Source: Bacteroidales bacterium
GTDB taxonomy: Bacteria; Bacteroidota; Bacteroidia; Bacteroidales; CG2-30-32-10
NCBI GenBank assembly: GCA_035353855.1
Contig: DAOQAK010000009.1
Span: 15,777-79,776, forward strand
Direction of reading: 5' to 3'
DNA length: 64,000 nucleotides
Part shown: in pieces, positions 27,911 to 38,065 of the stretch
Layout of the letters: each line of letters starts with the position of its first letter
How positions within the stretch are numbered: the first letter of the stretch is position 1
Translations under genes and position numbers: made by a program
The notes under the pieces: model-generated
Databases searched by the model: none
Seen by the model: the letters and a program-made list of their open reading frames with translations, nothing else
What the model was told of the DNA's origin: nothing

Positions 27911-29335
27911 CTATTTCAACTTATCCATATCAATATTAAACACCAAAGGTTCATTTTTCTTGCAATGCAGAACGCACTGGTCGCAAATGGAAAGCTCACC
28001 TTTCAGGCGTTTATCAATCAAATGACATACTCTTTCGCGAATGGCTTCAATAGAAATTTTAGCAGCAACTTCTTCTGCAAATGCATTCATCAATAACATG
28101 CGAGCACTATCTTCACTAATACCGCGAGCACGCATATAAAACATTGCATCGGCATCAAGCTGGCCAACAGTCGCCCCATGACTACATTTTACATCATCAG
28201 CATAAATTTCCAAATTAGGTTTTGTATTTATGGTAGCATCATCGGTTAAAAGAATGTTTCGGTTAGTCTGAAATGCCGATGTTTTCTGGGCATCTTTCTG
28301 TACAATTATCTTCCCGTTAAATACAGCCTTAGCCTGGTTATCAATTATACCTTTAAATAATTCCTTGCTTGTGCTATTTGGTTTAAGATGATTGATGAAT
28401 GTGTGATTATCGATATGCTGTTTCCCGTCAACAAGATACAAGCCATTCAGGTTGGTTTCGCAATGTTCGCCATTAATAGCAATATTCACATTGTTCCTGA
28501 TGAAGCCGCCATTCAATGTTATGATGTTGCTTGAAACCTTACTGCCATCAAGCTGATGGAAATTAATGTTATTGATCATCGCAGAATGATTATCGTTGTT
28601 CTGCATCTTGTAATGATCAACAGAAGCATTTTTATCAATAAAAATTTCAGTAACGGTATTGTTTAAACTTGGAAAATGTGATAAAGCATCATCACACATC
28701 ACCAATGAAAGATTGCTGTTTTTTCCAACAATGACGAGGTTTCTGGGCTGTATAAATAAATTTTCTTTTTTATTGATGATGTTAATAATCTGAATAGGTT
28801 TATCAGGAGCAACATTATCGGGCACATAAATAAATACGCCGTCGCTTGCAAATGCCGTGTTCAGTGCTTCGAAAACATTATTTTCTGTGTCGCTATATTT
28901 TCCAAAATGTTTTTTTATCAGTTGTGGATATTCTTCCAGTGCTTTTTGCAAACTGCCAATAATAATTCCGTTTTCAAATTTAGTAATGGGAGATGTTTTA
29001 TACAAAAACCATCCATTCACAAGAACGGCGGTATATGTATCGAGGTCCATGATATCGCAGCGGAAGAAATTCTCAACGTCAACATTACCTTCTGTATTTT
29101 CAAAATAGCAATTGTAATCGTTAGAAAAAACATTTTCAAGATTCGTAAATCGCCATTCTTCATTCTTGGTTGTTGGAAAACCTGAAGAATAGAAATTGTT
29201 GAAAGCCTTCTTACGCATGGGTAACAGGAATCCATTACCTGAAAGCGAAGCTGAATTTTCTTCGTATAATATTTTTAATTTTTCTTTGAATTCGTTTGTT
29301 GTCATAATATTTATTTTTTTGCCACGAAGTCGCAA
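27911..29335 (-). CDS. sufD: Fe-S cluster assembly protein SufD
   Basis: 474 aa SufB/SufD-family beta-helix protein positioned between sufC and sufS; probable start at the internal Met (about 29305). Confidence 0.8.
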   Translation of the reverse strand: MRLRGKKINIMTTNEFKEKLKILYEENSASLSGNGFLLPMRKKAFNNFYSSGFPTTKNEEWRFTNLENVFSNDYNCYFENTEGNVDVENFFRCDIMDLDTYTAVLVNGWFLYKTSPITKFENGIIIGSLQKALEEYPQLIKKHFGKYSDTENNVFEALNTAFASDGVFIYVPDNVAPDKPIQIINIINKKENLFIQPRNLVIVGKNSNLSLVMCDDALSHFPSLNNTVTEIFIDKNASVDHYKMQNNDNHSAMINNINFHQLDGSKVSSNIITLNGGFIRNNVNIAINGEHCETNLNGLYLVDGKQHIDNHTFINHLKPNSTSKELFKGIIDNQAKAVFNGKIIVQKDAQKTSAFQTNRNILLTDDATINTKPNLEIYADDVKCSHGATVGQLDADAMFYMRARGISEDSARMLLMNAFAEEVAAKISIEAIRERVCHLIDKRLKGELSICDQCVLHCKKNEPLVFNIDMDKLK

Positions 29336-29350
29336 AGACTCAAAGATTCT

Positions 29351-29803
29351 CTAAGTCTTCTGAATATATCTTTTAATACCTTGTTTAATAAGTGGAACAT
29401 TGAAGTTAATCAAGAAACCAAGTTTTTTGCCTGTAAGTTTCAAATGACTTAATATTTGTGCCTCCCATACTGGATTTACAATATCAACTGCTTTCAATTC
29501 ACAAATAATTAAATTATCAACTAAAACATCTAACCTCAGTCCTTCTTCGAAAACCAACCCATCGTATGTTATTGGAATATCCATTTGTCTAATTACAGGT
29601 ATACCCAATTTTTCAAGTTCATGGCAAAAACAGATTTCATAAACTTTTTCCAAAAGACCTGGACCTAAAGCAGAATGAACTTTATATGCTGCATTGACAA
29701 TACTTTTGGCAAGAAATTCTTCATGCTCCGAAATTGTTAATGCTTCTTTGAGCAACTTTGTTTCTTCGTGTCTTTGCGGCATATAATTAAATTTTTTCTT
29801 CAA
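29351..29803 (-). CDS. GxxExxY protein (second paralog) inserted between sufC and sufD; overlaps the sufC 3-prime end by 17 nt
   Basis: 150 aa; GPGLLEKVYE ... DNLIICELKAV; unusually long N-terminal extension, so the real start may be downstream. Confidence 0.75.
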   Translation of the reverse strand: MKKKFNYMPQRHEETKLLKEALTISEHEEFLAKSIVNAAYKVHSALGPGLLEKVYEICFCHELEKLGIPVIRQMDIPITYDGLVFEEGLRLDVLVDNLIICELKAVDIVNPVWEAQILSHLKLTGKKLGFLINFNVPLIKQGIKRYIQKT

Positions 29804-30545
29804 TTTCTTTTTTTATCCAGTCGTATCCTTTGCTTTCCAGTTCCAGCGCAAGTTCTTTACCTCCTGATTTTACAATCTTACCTTCGTACATTACATGAAC
29901 AAAATCGGGAACAATATAATCAAGTAAGCGCTGATAGTGTGTGATCACGATGAAGGCATTATTTTTTGTTCGCATTTTATTTACACCATTTGCAACTATG
30001 CGTAGTGCGTCGATGTCAAGCCCAGAGTCAGTTTCATCGAGAATGCAAAGTTCAGGTTCGAGCATAGCCATTTGGAAAATTTCATTTTTCTTTTTTTCAC
30101 CTCCGCTGAATCCTTCATTAACCGAGCGATTCGTAAGCTTTGATTGCAGCTCTACAACTTTTTTCTTTTCTTCCATCAGTTTTAAAAAGTCGGATGCAGA
30201 AAGCGGTTCAAGGTTTTTATATTTGCGATGTTCATTCACAGCAGTCTTTAAAAAATTAGTAAGACTTACCCCCGGAATTTCAACAGGATATTGAAATCCT
30301 AAAAATATTCCTTCTTTGGAACGCACATCAGGAGCCATTTCCAAGAGGTTCTTACCTTTGAAAATAATTTCACCTTCGGTAACTGTATAGTTTTCTTTTC
30401 CTGCAATAGCAGAGGCTAAAGTACTTTTACCTGTACCATTAGGACCCATGATAGCGTGTACTTCGCCGGCTTTAACTTCAAGGTTGAAACCGTTTATAAT
30501 TTTTTTATTATTAACGGTTACTTTGAGATTTTTTATTGAAAGCAT
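29787..30545 (-). CDS. sufC: Fe-S cluster assembly ATPase SufC
   Basis: 252 aa ABC ATPase with Walker A GPNGTGKST and the typical SufC length. Confidence 0.9.
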   Translation of the reverse strand: MLSIKNLKVTVNNKKIINGFNLEVKAGEVHAIMGPNGTGKSTLASAIAGKENYTVTEGEIIFKGKNLLEMAPDVRSKEGIFLGFQYPVEIPGVSLTNFLKTAVNEHRKYKNLEPLSASDFLKLMEEKKKVVELQSKLTNRSVNEGFSGGEKKKNEIFQMAMLEPELCILDETDSGLDIDALRIVANGVNKMRTKNNAFIVITHYQRLLDYIVPDFVHVMYEGKIVKSGGKELALELESKGYDWIKKEIEEKI

Positions 30546-30558
30546 ATAATTATATTAT

Positions 30559-30909
30559 TTAGTTTTTATTTGATTCTAAAAAGTGCGACCATGATAATTT
30601 TTGCGACAATGTCGCACAAATTTCCAGGTTGTTGAAATTCGTATAAAAATCAACCATTCTGCTCAAATTAGAACGACTATATCCTTTTCCAAAATGAATA
30701 GTAAGATGCTTTGAAATTTCTTCAATAACAGCTTTGCCATAATCAGCACGTTTATTTTTTACAATATCTTCTTTAATTATTTTTCCGATATTCCAGTAAA
30801 GCAAAACCATAGCGGAGTTAATGGTGCTTGAAACACGTTGATGGGTTTGCTTTATTAGCTGACTGATATTGTCAAGCAGTATTTTATCTATTTTAATAAT
30901 ATCGTTCAC
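30559..30909 (-). CDS. DUF1016 (YhcG-like) N-terminal domain only; the C-terminal PD-(D/E)XK nuclease domain is absent (truncated or remnant gene) between sufB and sufC
   Basis: 116 aa resembling the N-terminal domain of DUF1016/YhcG proteins (…LLYWNIGKII…YGKAVIEEIS…GKGYSRSNL…); full-length family members are about 340 aa. Confidence 0.45.
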   Translation of the reverse strand: MNDIIKIDKILLDNISQLIKQTHQRVSSTINSAMVLLYWNIGKIIKEDIVKNKRADYGKAVIEEISKHLTIHFGKGYSRSNLSRMVDFYTNFNNLEICATLSQKLSWSHFLESNKN

Positions 30910-30954
30910 TTAAAATTTATTTTATTCAATCATTATAAAATTCAATAATTGCTC

Positions 30955-32394
30955 TTATCCTACACTTCCCTCAAGGCTAATCTTTAAAAGCTTTTGCGCT
31001 TCAACAGCAAATTCCAACGGAAGCTTATTCAACACTTCTTTTGCATATCCATTTACAATAAGACCTATTGCGCTTTCCATGTCAATTCCGCGCTGCAAGC
31101 AGTAAAACAACTGGTCTTCTGAAATTTTTGAAGTAGTTGCTTCATGTTCAGTGATAGAAGATTTGTTTGCAACTTCAACATAAGGATAAGTATGAGCGCC
31201 GCACTGCGAGCCCATCAGCAAGGAATCACATTGTGAAAAATTTCTTGAATTGATAGCATTCTTCGTAATTTTTACAAGTCCGCGATAACTGTTATTGCTT
31301 TTACCTGCCGATATTCCTTTTGAAATAATTGTACTTGTAGTATTCTTGCCAAGATGAATCATCTTAGTACCTGTATCAGCTTGCTGATAATTATTAGTAA
31401 CTGCTACTGAATAAAACTCGCCAACAGAATAGTCGCCACGTAAAATGCAGCTGGGATATTTCCAGGTAATTGCAGAGCCAGTTTCAACCTGTGTCCACGA
31501 AATCTTAGAATGATTTCCTTTACACATGCCGCGTTTGGTAACAAAGTTGTAAATTCCACCTTCACCATCTTTATTCCCGGGATACCAGTTTTGAACGGTT
31601 GAATATTTCACTTCAGCATTTTCCATTGCAATAATTTCAACAATGGCGGCGTGAAGCTGGTTCTCATCTCTTCTGGGAGCAGTGCAGCCTTCCATGTAGC
31701 TGACGTAACTATCATCATCTGCAACAATTAGAGTTCTTTCAAACTGACCGGTATTAGAGGCATTGATGCGGAAGTATGTTGAAAGTTCTATTGGACATCT
31801 AACGCCTTTTGGAACATAACAAAACGAACCATCACTGAAAACAGCAGAGTTTAGCGCTGCAAAAAAATTGTCAGTATAAGGTACCACGCTTCCCATGTAT
31901 TTCTTTACCAAATCAGGATGTTCGCGAACTGCTTCGCTGAATGAACAAAAGATAATTCCTTTTTCTGCTAATGTTTGTTTGAAAGTTGTAGTTACCGAAA
32001 CGCTGTCCATTACCGCATCAACAGCAACACCTGTAAGCATTTTTTGTTCGTCGAGTGGAATGCCGAGCTTTTCAAATGTTTTCAAAAGTTCAGGATCAAC
32101 TTCATTCAAATTTTTCTTTTCTTCTTTTTGCTTTGGTGCCGCGTAATAAATAATGTCGTTATAATTTATTGGCGGGTGATGAAGATGAGCCCAGTTGGGT
32201 TCCTTCATTGTAAGCCAGTAACGATAGGCTTTTAAGCGAAACTCAAGCAACCATTCAGGTTCATTTTTCTTCGAAGAAATAAAACGTATGATATCTTCAT
32301 TCAAACCTTTGGCAGCCGTTTCAGTTTCAATGTTTGTGGTAAAGCCCCACTTGTATTCGTTTTGCGTTACTTCATTTAAAATATTATCTTCCAT
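30955..32394 (-). CDS. sufB: Fe-S cluster assembly scaffold SufB
   Basis: 479 aa with strong SufB similarity. Confidence 0.9.
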   Translation of the reverse strand: MEDNILNEVTQNEYKWGFTTNIETETAAKGLNEDIIRFISSKKNEPEWLLEFRLKAYRYWLTMKEPNWAHLHHPPINYNDIIYYAAPKQKEEKKNLNEVDPELLKTFEKLGIPLDEQKMLTGVAVDAVMDSVSVTTTFKQTLAEKGIIFCSFSEAVREHPDLVKKYMGSVVPYTDNFFAALNSAVFSDGSFCYVPKGVRCPIELSTYFRINASNTGQFERTLIVADDDSYVSYMEGCTAPRRDENQLHAAIVEIIAMENAEVKYSTVQNWYPGNKDGEGGIYNFVTKRGMCKGNHSKISWTQVETGSAITWKYPSCILRGDYSVGEFYSVAVTNNYQQADTGTKMIHLGKNTTSTIISKGISAGKSNNSYRGLVKITKNAINSRNFSQCDSLLMGSQCGAHTYPYVEVANKSSITEHEATTSKISEDQLFYCLQRGIDMESAIGLIVNGYAKEVLNKLPLEFAVEAQKLLKISLEGSVG

Positions 32395-32679
32395 TAAATT
32401 ATTTTTATTAATCAGGAATTACAAAGTTATAATTTCTGAACAAAAATAATATTTATTTAGATTAAATCAAAATAATAAATATTAAAAAATTTTTACATAT
32501 ATTTTTATTCTGTAGAAAGTTTGTGAAAAGCTTGTTTCTATTGGGTTTTAATAGAAAATTGGTTTTTGGAAAAATATTTGCATCTAACATATATAAAATA
32601 TTAAATATATATTTTTCTATATTTGTTAATGTGTTACGATTTTTACTAAATTAGCAAAGTAGAAAACACTGAAATAATT

Positions 32680-32771
32680 AGAGAGGACGAAACTGGTGTT
32701 TCATCCGGTCTTCAAAACCGGTAGCAGACGGATAAAACCGGCTGTGGCAGGTTCGATTCCTGCCTTCTCTG
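32680..32771 (+). tRNA. selC: tRNA-Sec (selenocysteine, anticodon TCA), about 92 nt with a long variable arm; boundaries +/- 2 nt
   Basis: Anticodon stem-loop CCGGT-CTTCAAA-ACCGG (UCA anticodon); D-arm GAAAC-TGGT-GTTTC with a 4-nt loop; long variable arm GCAGACGG-ATAAAA-CCGGCTGTG; T-arm GCAGG-TTCGATT-CCTGC; 7-8 bp acceptor AGAGAGG/CTTCTCT with discriminator G. Confidence 0.8.
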
Positions 32772-32802
32772 CAAAGAATATGAAAATCGGAATATATAAA
32801 AT

Positions 32803-34215
32803 ATGAAACCTAAACCGGAGGATTTTAAAACCCTTCCTGCCGTTGATAAGCTTCTTAACCTGCCAGAAGTTGTATCGCTTATTTCCATTTATGGAAAAGA
32901 GTTGGTAATTTTTTCCATTCGTAGTTCATTAGATTTTTTCAGAACCAGCATCAATAAAGGGAATCCGCCTCCTTCACAAAATGAGATTTTTGATAAGATA
33001 GAATTTTTTATTCGCTTATGCGGGCATCGAAGTCTTAGAAAAGTTATCAATGCAACAGGTGTGATAATTCATACAAACCTTGGCAGAGCGCCTTTTGGCG
33101 ATGCTTTGATAAACGATTCTATTAATGTGCTGAAAAGATATAATAATCTTGAATTCAATCTTAATACTGGTGCCAGAGGTAACCGAAATGACCATGCTTC
33201 AGAATTATTGAAATTCCTTACAGGAGCTGAAGATGTTTTAGTAGTGAATAATAATGCTGCTGCTGTAATGCTTATTCTGCGCGCATTTGCAAAGAAGAAA
33301 GAAGTGATAGTGTCGCGTGGTGAACTGATTGAAATTGGTGGCTCATTCCGTATTCCTGAAATCATGAAAGCTTCGGAATGCAAGATGGTAGAGGTAGGTA
33401 CAACAAATAAAACAAACATCAACGACTACAGAAATGCCATCAGCAATAAAACTGCAATGCTGTTTAAAGCGCATAAATCAAATTATGTGATCAAAGGTTT
33501 TACACAGGAAGCAGAACTTGAAGAAATGGTTGAACTGGGCAAACAGCACAATATTCCTGTGTTGTATGATATTGGTTCCGGTTTGTTGAAAAAGTATAAT
33601 CACAAATTATTTATTGATGAACCTAACGTAAGGCAATCGCTTGAAAAAGGAATTGATTTGATTTGTTTCAGTGGTGATAAACTTTTAGGCGGACCGCAGG
33701 CAGGCATTATTGCAGGTAAAAAAATATTCATCGACAAGTTGAAAAAAGAACCGATGCTTCGTGCTTTGCGCGTTTGCAAAACCACACTGGCACTGCTCGA
33801 AACAGCTTGTATGTATTACCTTGATGAAAAAACACTAAATGAAAAAAATCTTCTTTTTAAAATTTTCAATCGTAAAAAAGATGATCTAAAAAATACGGCT
33901 GAGCTTTTAAAAAATGAGTTGGAAAAAAATAATATGCCTGCTGAAGTGGTTGCAAGCATTGGTCAGTGCGGAGGTGGAACTTTGCCTGATGGTGAGATAG
34001 AAAGTTTTTCAGTGATGATAAAAAATGAGAATCCGAATAAAGAACGTTCGGAATATGCTGAAAAAATGTACCAGGGATTATTATCTCATAAACAACCGGT
34101 GCTGGGAGTTTTGAAAAAAGGGAATATCTATTTTGATATTCTGACTTTGTTCAACGATGAGATTGATGAATTGGCGAAGATTATAATTGAAGTAAATCAA
34201 ACAGTAAAAAAGTAA
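32803..34215 (+). CDS. selA: L-seryl-tRNA(Sec) selenium transferase
   Basis: 470 aa with the PLP-Lys motif FSGDKLLGGPQAGII characteristic of SelA; immediately downstream of tRNA-Sec. Confidence 0.85.
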   Translation: MKPKPEDFKTLPAVDKLLNLPEVVSLISIYGKELVIFSIRSSLDFFRTSINKGNPPPSQNEIFDKIEFFIRLCGHRSLRKVINATGVIIHTNLGRAPFGDALINDSINVLKRYNNLEFNLNTGARGNRNDHASELLKFLTGAEDVLVVNNNAAAVMLILRAFAKKKEVIVSRGELIEIGGSFRIPEIMKASECKMVEVGTTNKTNINDYRNAISNKTAMLFKAHKSNYVIKGFTQEAELEEMVELGKQHNIPVLYDIGSGLLKKYNHKLFIDEPNVRQSLEKGIDLICFSGDKLLGGPQAGIIAGKKIFIDKLKKEPMLRALRVCKTTLALLETACMYYLDEKTLNEKNLLFKIFNRKKDDLKNTAELLKNELEKNNMPAEVVASIGQCGGGTLPDGEIESFSVMIKNENPNKERSEYAEKMYQGLLSHKQPVLGVLKKGNIYFDILTLFNDEIDELAKIIIEVNQTVKK

Positions 34216-34344
34216 AAAATAATTTCTTTGTGTTCTTTACGTATTTCTCTTAGCAATTTTTGTGGTTTATTTTAAACACGAAGTGCACAAAGTTTACACT
34301 AAGATTCACAAAGAAATTTATATAATAATAGAAATTTTGATTCG

Positions 34345-36324
34345 ATGAAGCACTTGATAATGGGAACAGCCGGTCATGTTGATCATGGGAAAACTTCCCT
34401 GATAAAAGCTTTGACCAACATCGACTGCGATACACATAAGGAAGAAAAGAGAAGAGGCATTACCATTAATCTCGGTTTTTCATATTTGAATCTTCCTAAG
34501 GGCGAATCCATTGGTATTATTGATGTTCCGGGTCATAAGGATTTTATCAATACCATGGTTGGCGGTGCTTGCGGAATTGATTTTGTGTTGTTGGTCATTG
34601 CAGCCGATAGCGGCATCATGCCGCAAACCATCGAACATCTCAATATTATCAATGCATTGGGAATTAAAAAAGGAATTGTTGCGCTTACAAAAATCGATCT
34701 TGTTGATGAAGAACTGGCAGAAATTGCGAAATATGAAATCATGGAATTTCTCGAAAAAACTTCATTGAAAAATGCTTCTATTGTCGGTGTTTCTTCAGTT
34801 ACAGGTCAGGGGAAAGATGAATTGATTTCAGCCATAGAAAAAATAATTGCTGATGTTGAAGAAAAAGATAAAGGTGATTTATTTCGTTTGTATATTGATA
34901 GAATATTTAATGTAAAAGGTTTTGGCAATGTTGTTACAGGTTCGGTTTTAAACGGAAGTGTTGAAGTTGGCAGTGATGTTTTTCTTCTTCCCGGAAACTA
35001 TCCGAAATTGAGAGTGCGCTCAATAGAACGTCATGGAAATGCCGTGGAAAGGGTTGTTGCGGGCGACAGGGCTGCGATAAATCTTATTGGTTTGAAGAAA
35101 GAAGATTTTATTCGCGGAATGATCATCTCGAATAAATCATTAAAAGAAACAATGATGGTTGATGCCTGCATTTCATTGTTTGATGCGGAAGCAGAGTTAT
35201 CAACATGGTCGAACATCACGTTTCATACCGGCACTTTTGAATGCCAGGCGCGAATGCACATGCTTGATAAAGATTCGATAAAACAAAATGAAGAAGCAAT
35301 CGTACAGATTCATTTCACAAAACCAACGATTTTAGTTAATAAAGATAAATTCATTATCCGGAATTCTTCAGAAGATAAAACGCTTGGAGGTGGCTATATC
35401 ATTGATGTTTCACCGCTTCATCACAAAAAAAGAACACCAACGCTTATTGAAAGTTTGTCGCATCTTTCTACAAATATCCTGGATGAACACAGCATCAATA
35501 ATGTTATAAATATTGAATTAAAAAAAGAATTCAGGCCATTTGCTCCCGAAGAAATTGCGGAGCGTTTGCATATGATTACCGAGCAGGTAATTTTTGAAAT
35601 TCAGAATAAACCTTTTTCTTTCAAGGTATATAATTCCAATGAGTCACTCATTTTGATTGATAGTAATTACAACAATGCATTCAAAGAAAAAATTATTAAA
35701 GCTTTAAAAGAGTATCATAAGGAGAACCCTATATTTCCTGATGGTTTGGAGCCTAATGAAATTATTGGCAAACTTGGATTATCAAAAATTAAACTTGGAA
35801 AAACTTTTCTTGAACTGCTTTTATCCGAAATGGAAAAAGAAGGTTCAATCGAGAAAAATAAAAATACCTGGATTATAAAAGGACATCAGGCTTTGCTTGA
35901 TAATAAAGTAAAAGAAGAAATAAACTGGCTTGAGAATGAAATATTAAAATATGAACTTCAAAAACCGGTAATGTCGGAAATTGAAGAGAAGAGCGTTATC
36001 CAGAAAATTTCGAAACATGATTTGAAAATGTATTTATCTTATTTGATCAGAGAAGGGAAAATATATTTTTATAATAATGAAATTATTCATTCAAGCTTTG
36101 TAAATAAATTCAGAACACTTCTGTTGAAAGAGCTTGTCAATAAGGAAAACGGAATAGAAGTGAATGAATTCAAAACAAAGATGAATGCAACAAAACGTTT
36201 CTGCCTGTTGCTGGTTGATATTTTTGAAGCAGAAAAAATAATATCGAAAAAAGGTTTGGAAATAAACACTATCATCAATATTACAAAAGCAGGTGAAAAA
36301 AAATTAAATGAGAGTTTATCTTGA
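34345..36324 (+). CDS. selB: selenocysteine-specific translation elongation factor
   Basis: 659 aa; GTPase N-terminus GTAGHVDHGKTSL, EF-Tu-like domains plus a long C-terminal winged-helix extension. Confidence 0.85.
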   Translation: MKHLIMGTAGHVDHGKTSLIKALTNIDCDTHKEEKRRGITINLGFSYLNLPKGESIGIIDVPGHKDFINTMVGGACGIDFVLLVIAADSGIMPQTIEHLNIINALGIKKGIVALTKIDLVDEELAEIAKYEIMEFLEKTSLKNASIVGVSSVTGQGKDELISAIEKIIADVEEKDKGDLFRLYIDRIFNVKGFGNVVTGSVLNGSVEVGSDVFLLPGNYPKLRVRSIERHGNAVERVVAGDRAAINLIGLKKEDFIRGMIISNKSLKETMMVDACISLFDAEAELSTWSNITFHTGTFECQARMHMLDKDSIKQNEEAIVQIHFTKPTILVNKDKFIIRNSSEDKTLGGGYIIDVSPLHHKKRTPTLIESLSHLSTNILDEHSINNVINIELKKEFRPFAPEEIAERLHMITEQVIFEIQNKPFSFKVYNSNESLILIDSNYNNAFKEKIIKALKEYHKENPIFPDGLEPNEIIGKLGLSKIKLGKTFLELLLSEMEKEGSIEKNKNTWIIKGHQALLDNKVKEEINWLENEILKYELQKPVMSEIEEKSVIQKISKHDLKMYLSYLIREGKIYFYNNEIIHSSFVNKFRTLLLKELVNKENGIEVNEFKTKMNATKRFCLLLVDIFEAEKIISKKGLEINTIINITKAGEKKLNESLS

Positions 36325-37468
36325 TAATTCGGCAACTTCATGGTCAAAGCCATCGGGAGTGTTAAATGCAATTAACGACTACCTTAACGAATATGGCGCC
36401 AGTCCTGGTCGTTCAGGTCATCAGTTTGCATTAAGAGCAGCGCGTGAAGTTTTTGAAACACGTGAATTAATTGCCGGATTGTTTCATGCAAAATCTTCTG
36501 AAAGGGTTATTTTTTCAGCTAATGCTACACATGCGTTGAATATTGCATTGAAAGGGATTTTGAAAAAAGGCGATCATGTTATCATCAGTCACATGGAACA
36601 TAATTCGATGATACGACCTTTACGTTATTTGGAAAACCTTGGATTGATTGAGATAAGCATTGTTGATTGCGATGTGAGAGGTAACATAAATATAGAAAAA
36701 TTAAAAAACAGTTTTAAACCAAATACCAAACTTGTTGCTACTATTCATGGTTCAAATGTAGCCGGAACAGTTTTGCCAATAAATCAAATCGGTGAAATCT
36801 GCAAATCGAAAAAAGTGCTTTACCTGGTAGATGCGGCGCAGACTGCGGGTTTCGTGCCTATCGACATGCAAAAAGATAATATCGATATTCTTGCATTCAC
36901 CGGTCATAAAAAATTGTATGGCCCTCCGGGAATTGGCGGTCTGTGCATTAATGACGATATTGAAATTGATACTTTGATTCATGGTGGAACAGGAAGTAAA
37001 TCGGAAAACGAAACACATCCTGAATTTTATCCCGACAGACTGGAAGCCGGAACTGAAAATACTGTTGGTGTGGTAGGGCTAAAAGCAGGTATAGAATATA
37101 TTATTGAAAAAGGAATTGAAAATCTTCGAAAGAAACAATTACAATTAGTAAAATATTTTGTCAATCAGTTACAGGAAATAGATGAGATAATTTTTTACGG
37201 ACCCGATAGAAATGAAGAAAGATTACCATTGATTTCACTCAATATAAAAAATATTATTCCAAGTGACCTTGCTTATAAATTAGATAACGAATATGAAATT
37301 ATGGTGCGTGCCGGATTGCATTGTTCGCCGCTTGCACATAAGGCAATGGGAACATTCCCGCAAGGTACGGTACGGTTTAGTATCGGATGTTTTAATACCG
37401 AAAGAGAAATTGAATATACAGTTGATTCATTAAAGAAGATAATTTTTAAAAATAAAAAAGATAAATGA
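36308..37468 (+). CDS. class V aminotransferase, NifS/CsdB-like cysteine desulfurase / putative selenocysteine lyase
   Basis: 386 aa; PLP-Lys in FTGHKKLYGPPG, catalytic Cys in RAGLHCSP; lies between selB and selD. Confidence 0.7.
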   Translation: MRVYLDNSATSWSKPSGVLNAINDYLNEYGASPGRSGHQFALRAAREVFETRELIAGLFHAKSSERVIFSANATHALNIALKGILKKGDHVIISHMEHNSMIRPLRYLENLGLIEISIVDCDVRGNINIEKLKNSFKPNTKLVATIHGSNVAGTVLPINQIGEICKSKKVLYLVDAAQTAGFVPIDMQKDNIDILAFTGHKKLYGPPGIGGLCINDDIEIDTLIHGGTGSKSENETHPEFYPDRLEAGTENTVGVVGLKAGIEYIIEKGIENLRKKQLQLVKYFVNQLQEIDEIIFYGPDRNEERLPLISLNIKNIIPSDLAYKLDNEYEIMVRAGLHCSPLAHKAMGTFPQGTVRFSIGCFNTEREIEYTVDSLKKIIFKNKKDK

Positions 37469-37574
37469 TTTAAAAACTTAACCATCATATTAGTTGCTGC
37501 AAGCTTTGCTAAAAAATAACCGCAAAGTCCGCAATGAAAAATGCAAAGTTCACAAAGAAAAAAAATTAATTTAA

Positions 37575-37956
37575 TATGACGGAAAACGAACTATCGAATA
37601 AAATAATCGGATTAGCTATGGAAGTCCATACTGCATTGGGTCCCGGATTATTGGAAAGTGCGTATAAAGAATGCTTGTATTATAAAATTGGACAATCGGG
37701 AATATTGGTTGAAAAAGAATAACCAATGCCATTAATTTTCGAGGAAATTAAATTAGATTGTGGTTATAGAATAGATTTATTGGTAGAGAAAAAATTAGTG
37801 ATAGAAATAAAAAGTGTGGAAGCATTGAATGATATTCATTTGGCTCAAACACTTACATATTTAAAAATAGGTAATTATAAATTAGGATTGTTGATAAATT
37901 TTAATGTTGTTCGCTTAAAGGCTGGAATTAAAAGAGTTGTAAATGGGCTTTAATCT
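37575..37956 (+). pseudogene. decayed GxxExxY gene (one +1 frameshift near 37620 and an in-frame TAA at 37720-37722)
   Basis: Three collinear pieces, MTENELSNKIIGLAM / EVHTALGPGLLESAYKECL...ILVEKE* / PMPLIFEEIKLDCGYRIDLLVEKKLVIEIKSVEAL..., read in two frames; flanked by CGCAAAG/CTTTGCG-type heptamers. Confidence 0.7.
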
Positions 37957-38065
37957 TTGCGTTCGCCATGGCGAACTTTGCGAAAAACTTTGAGTTCTTT
38001 GCGGTAAAATAACGGAGTAGTTTTAAATAAATGATAAAATACTTTAAAATAAAAAACAATAAGCT

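Noticed and set aside
32571-32625. Possible promoter (TATATTTG at 32618-32625) for the tRNA-Sec/selA transcript
   Set aside because: The -7-like element is present but no convincing TTTG -33 element at the right spacing; too weak to list as a feature.
33069-33422. 117-aa minus-strand ORF inside selA, and similar antisense ORFs inside selB, sufB, sufD, the fumarase and the RND exporter
   Set aside because: All are shadow ORFs opposite confidently identified genes.
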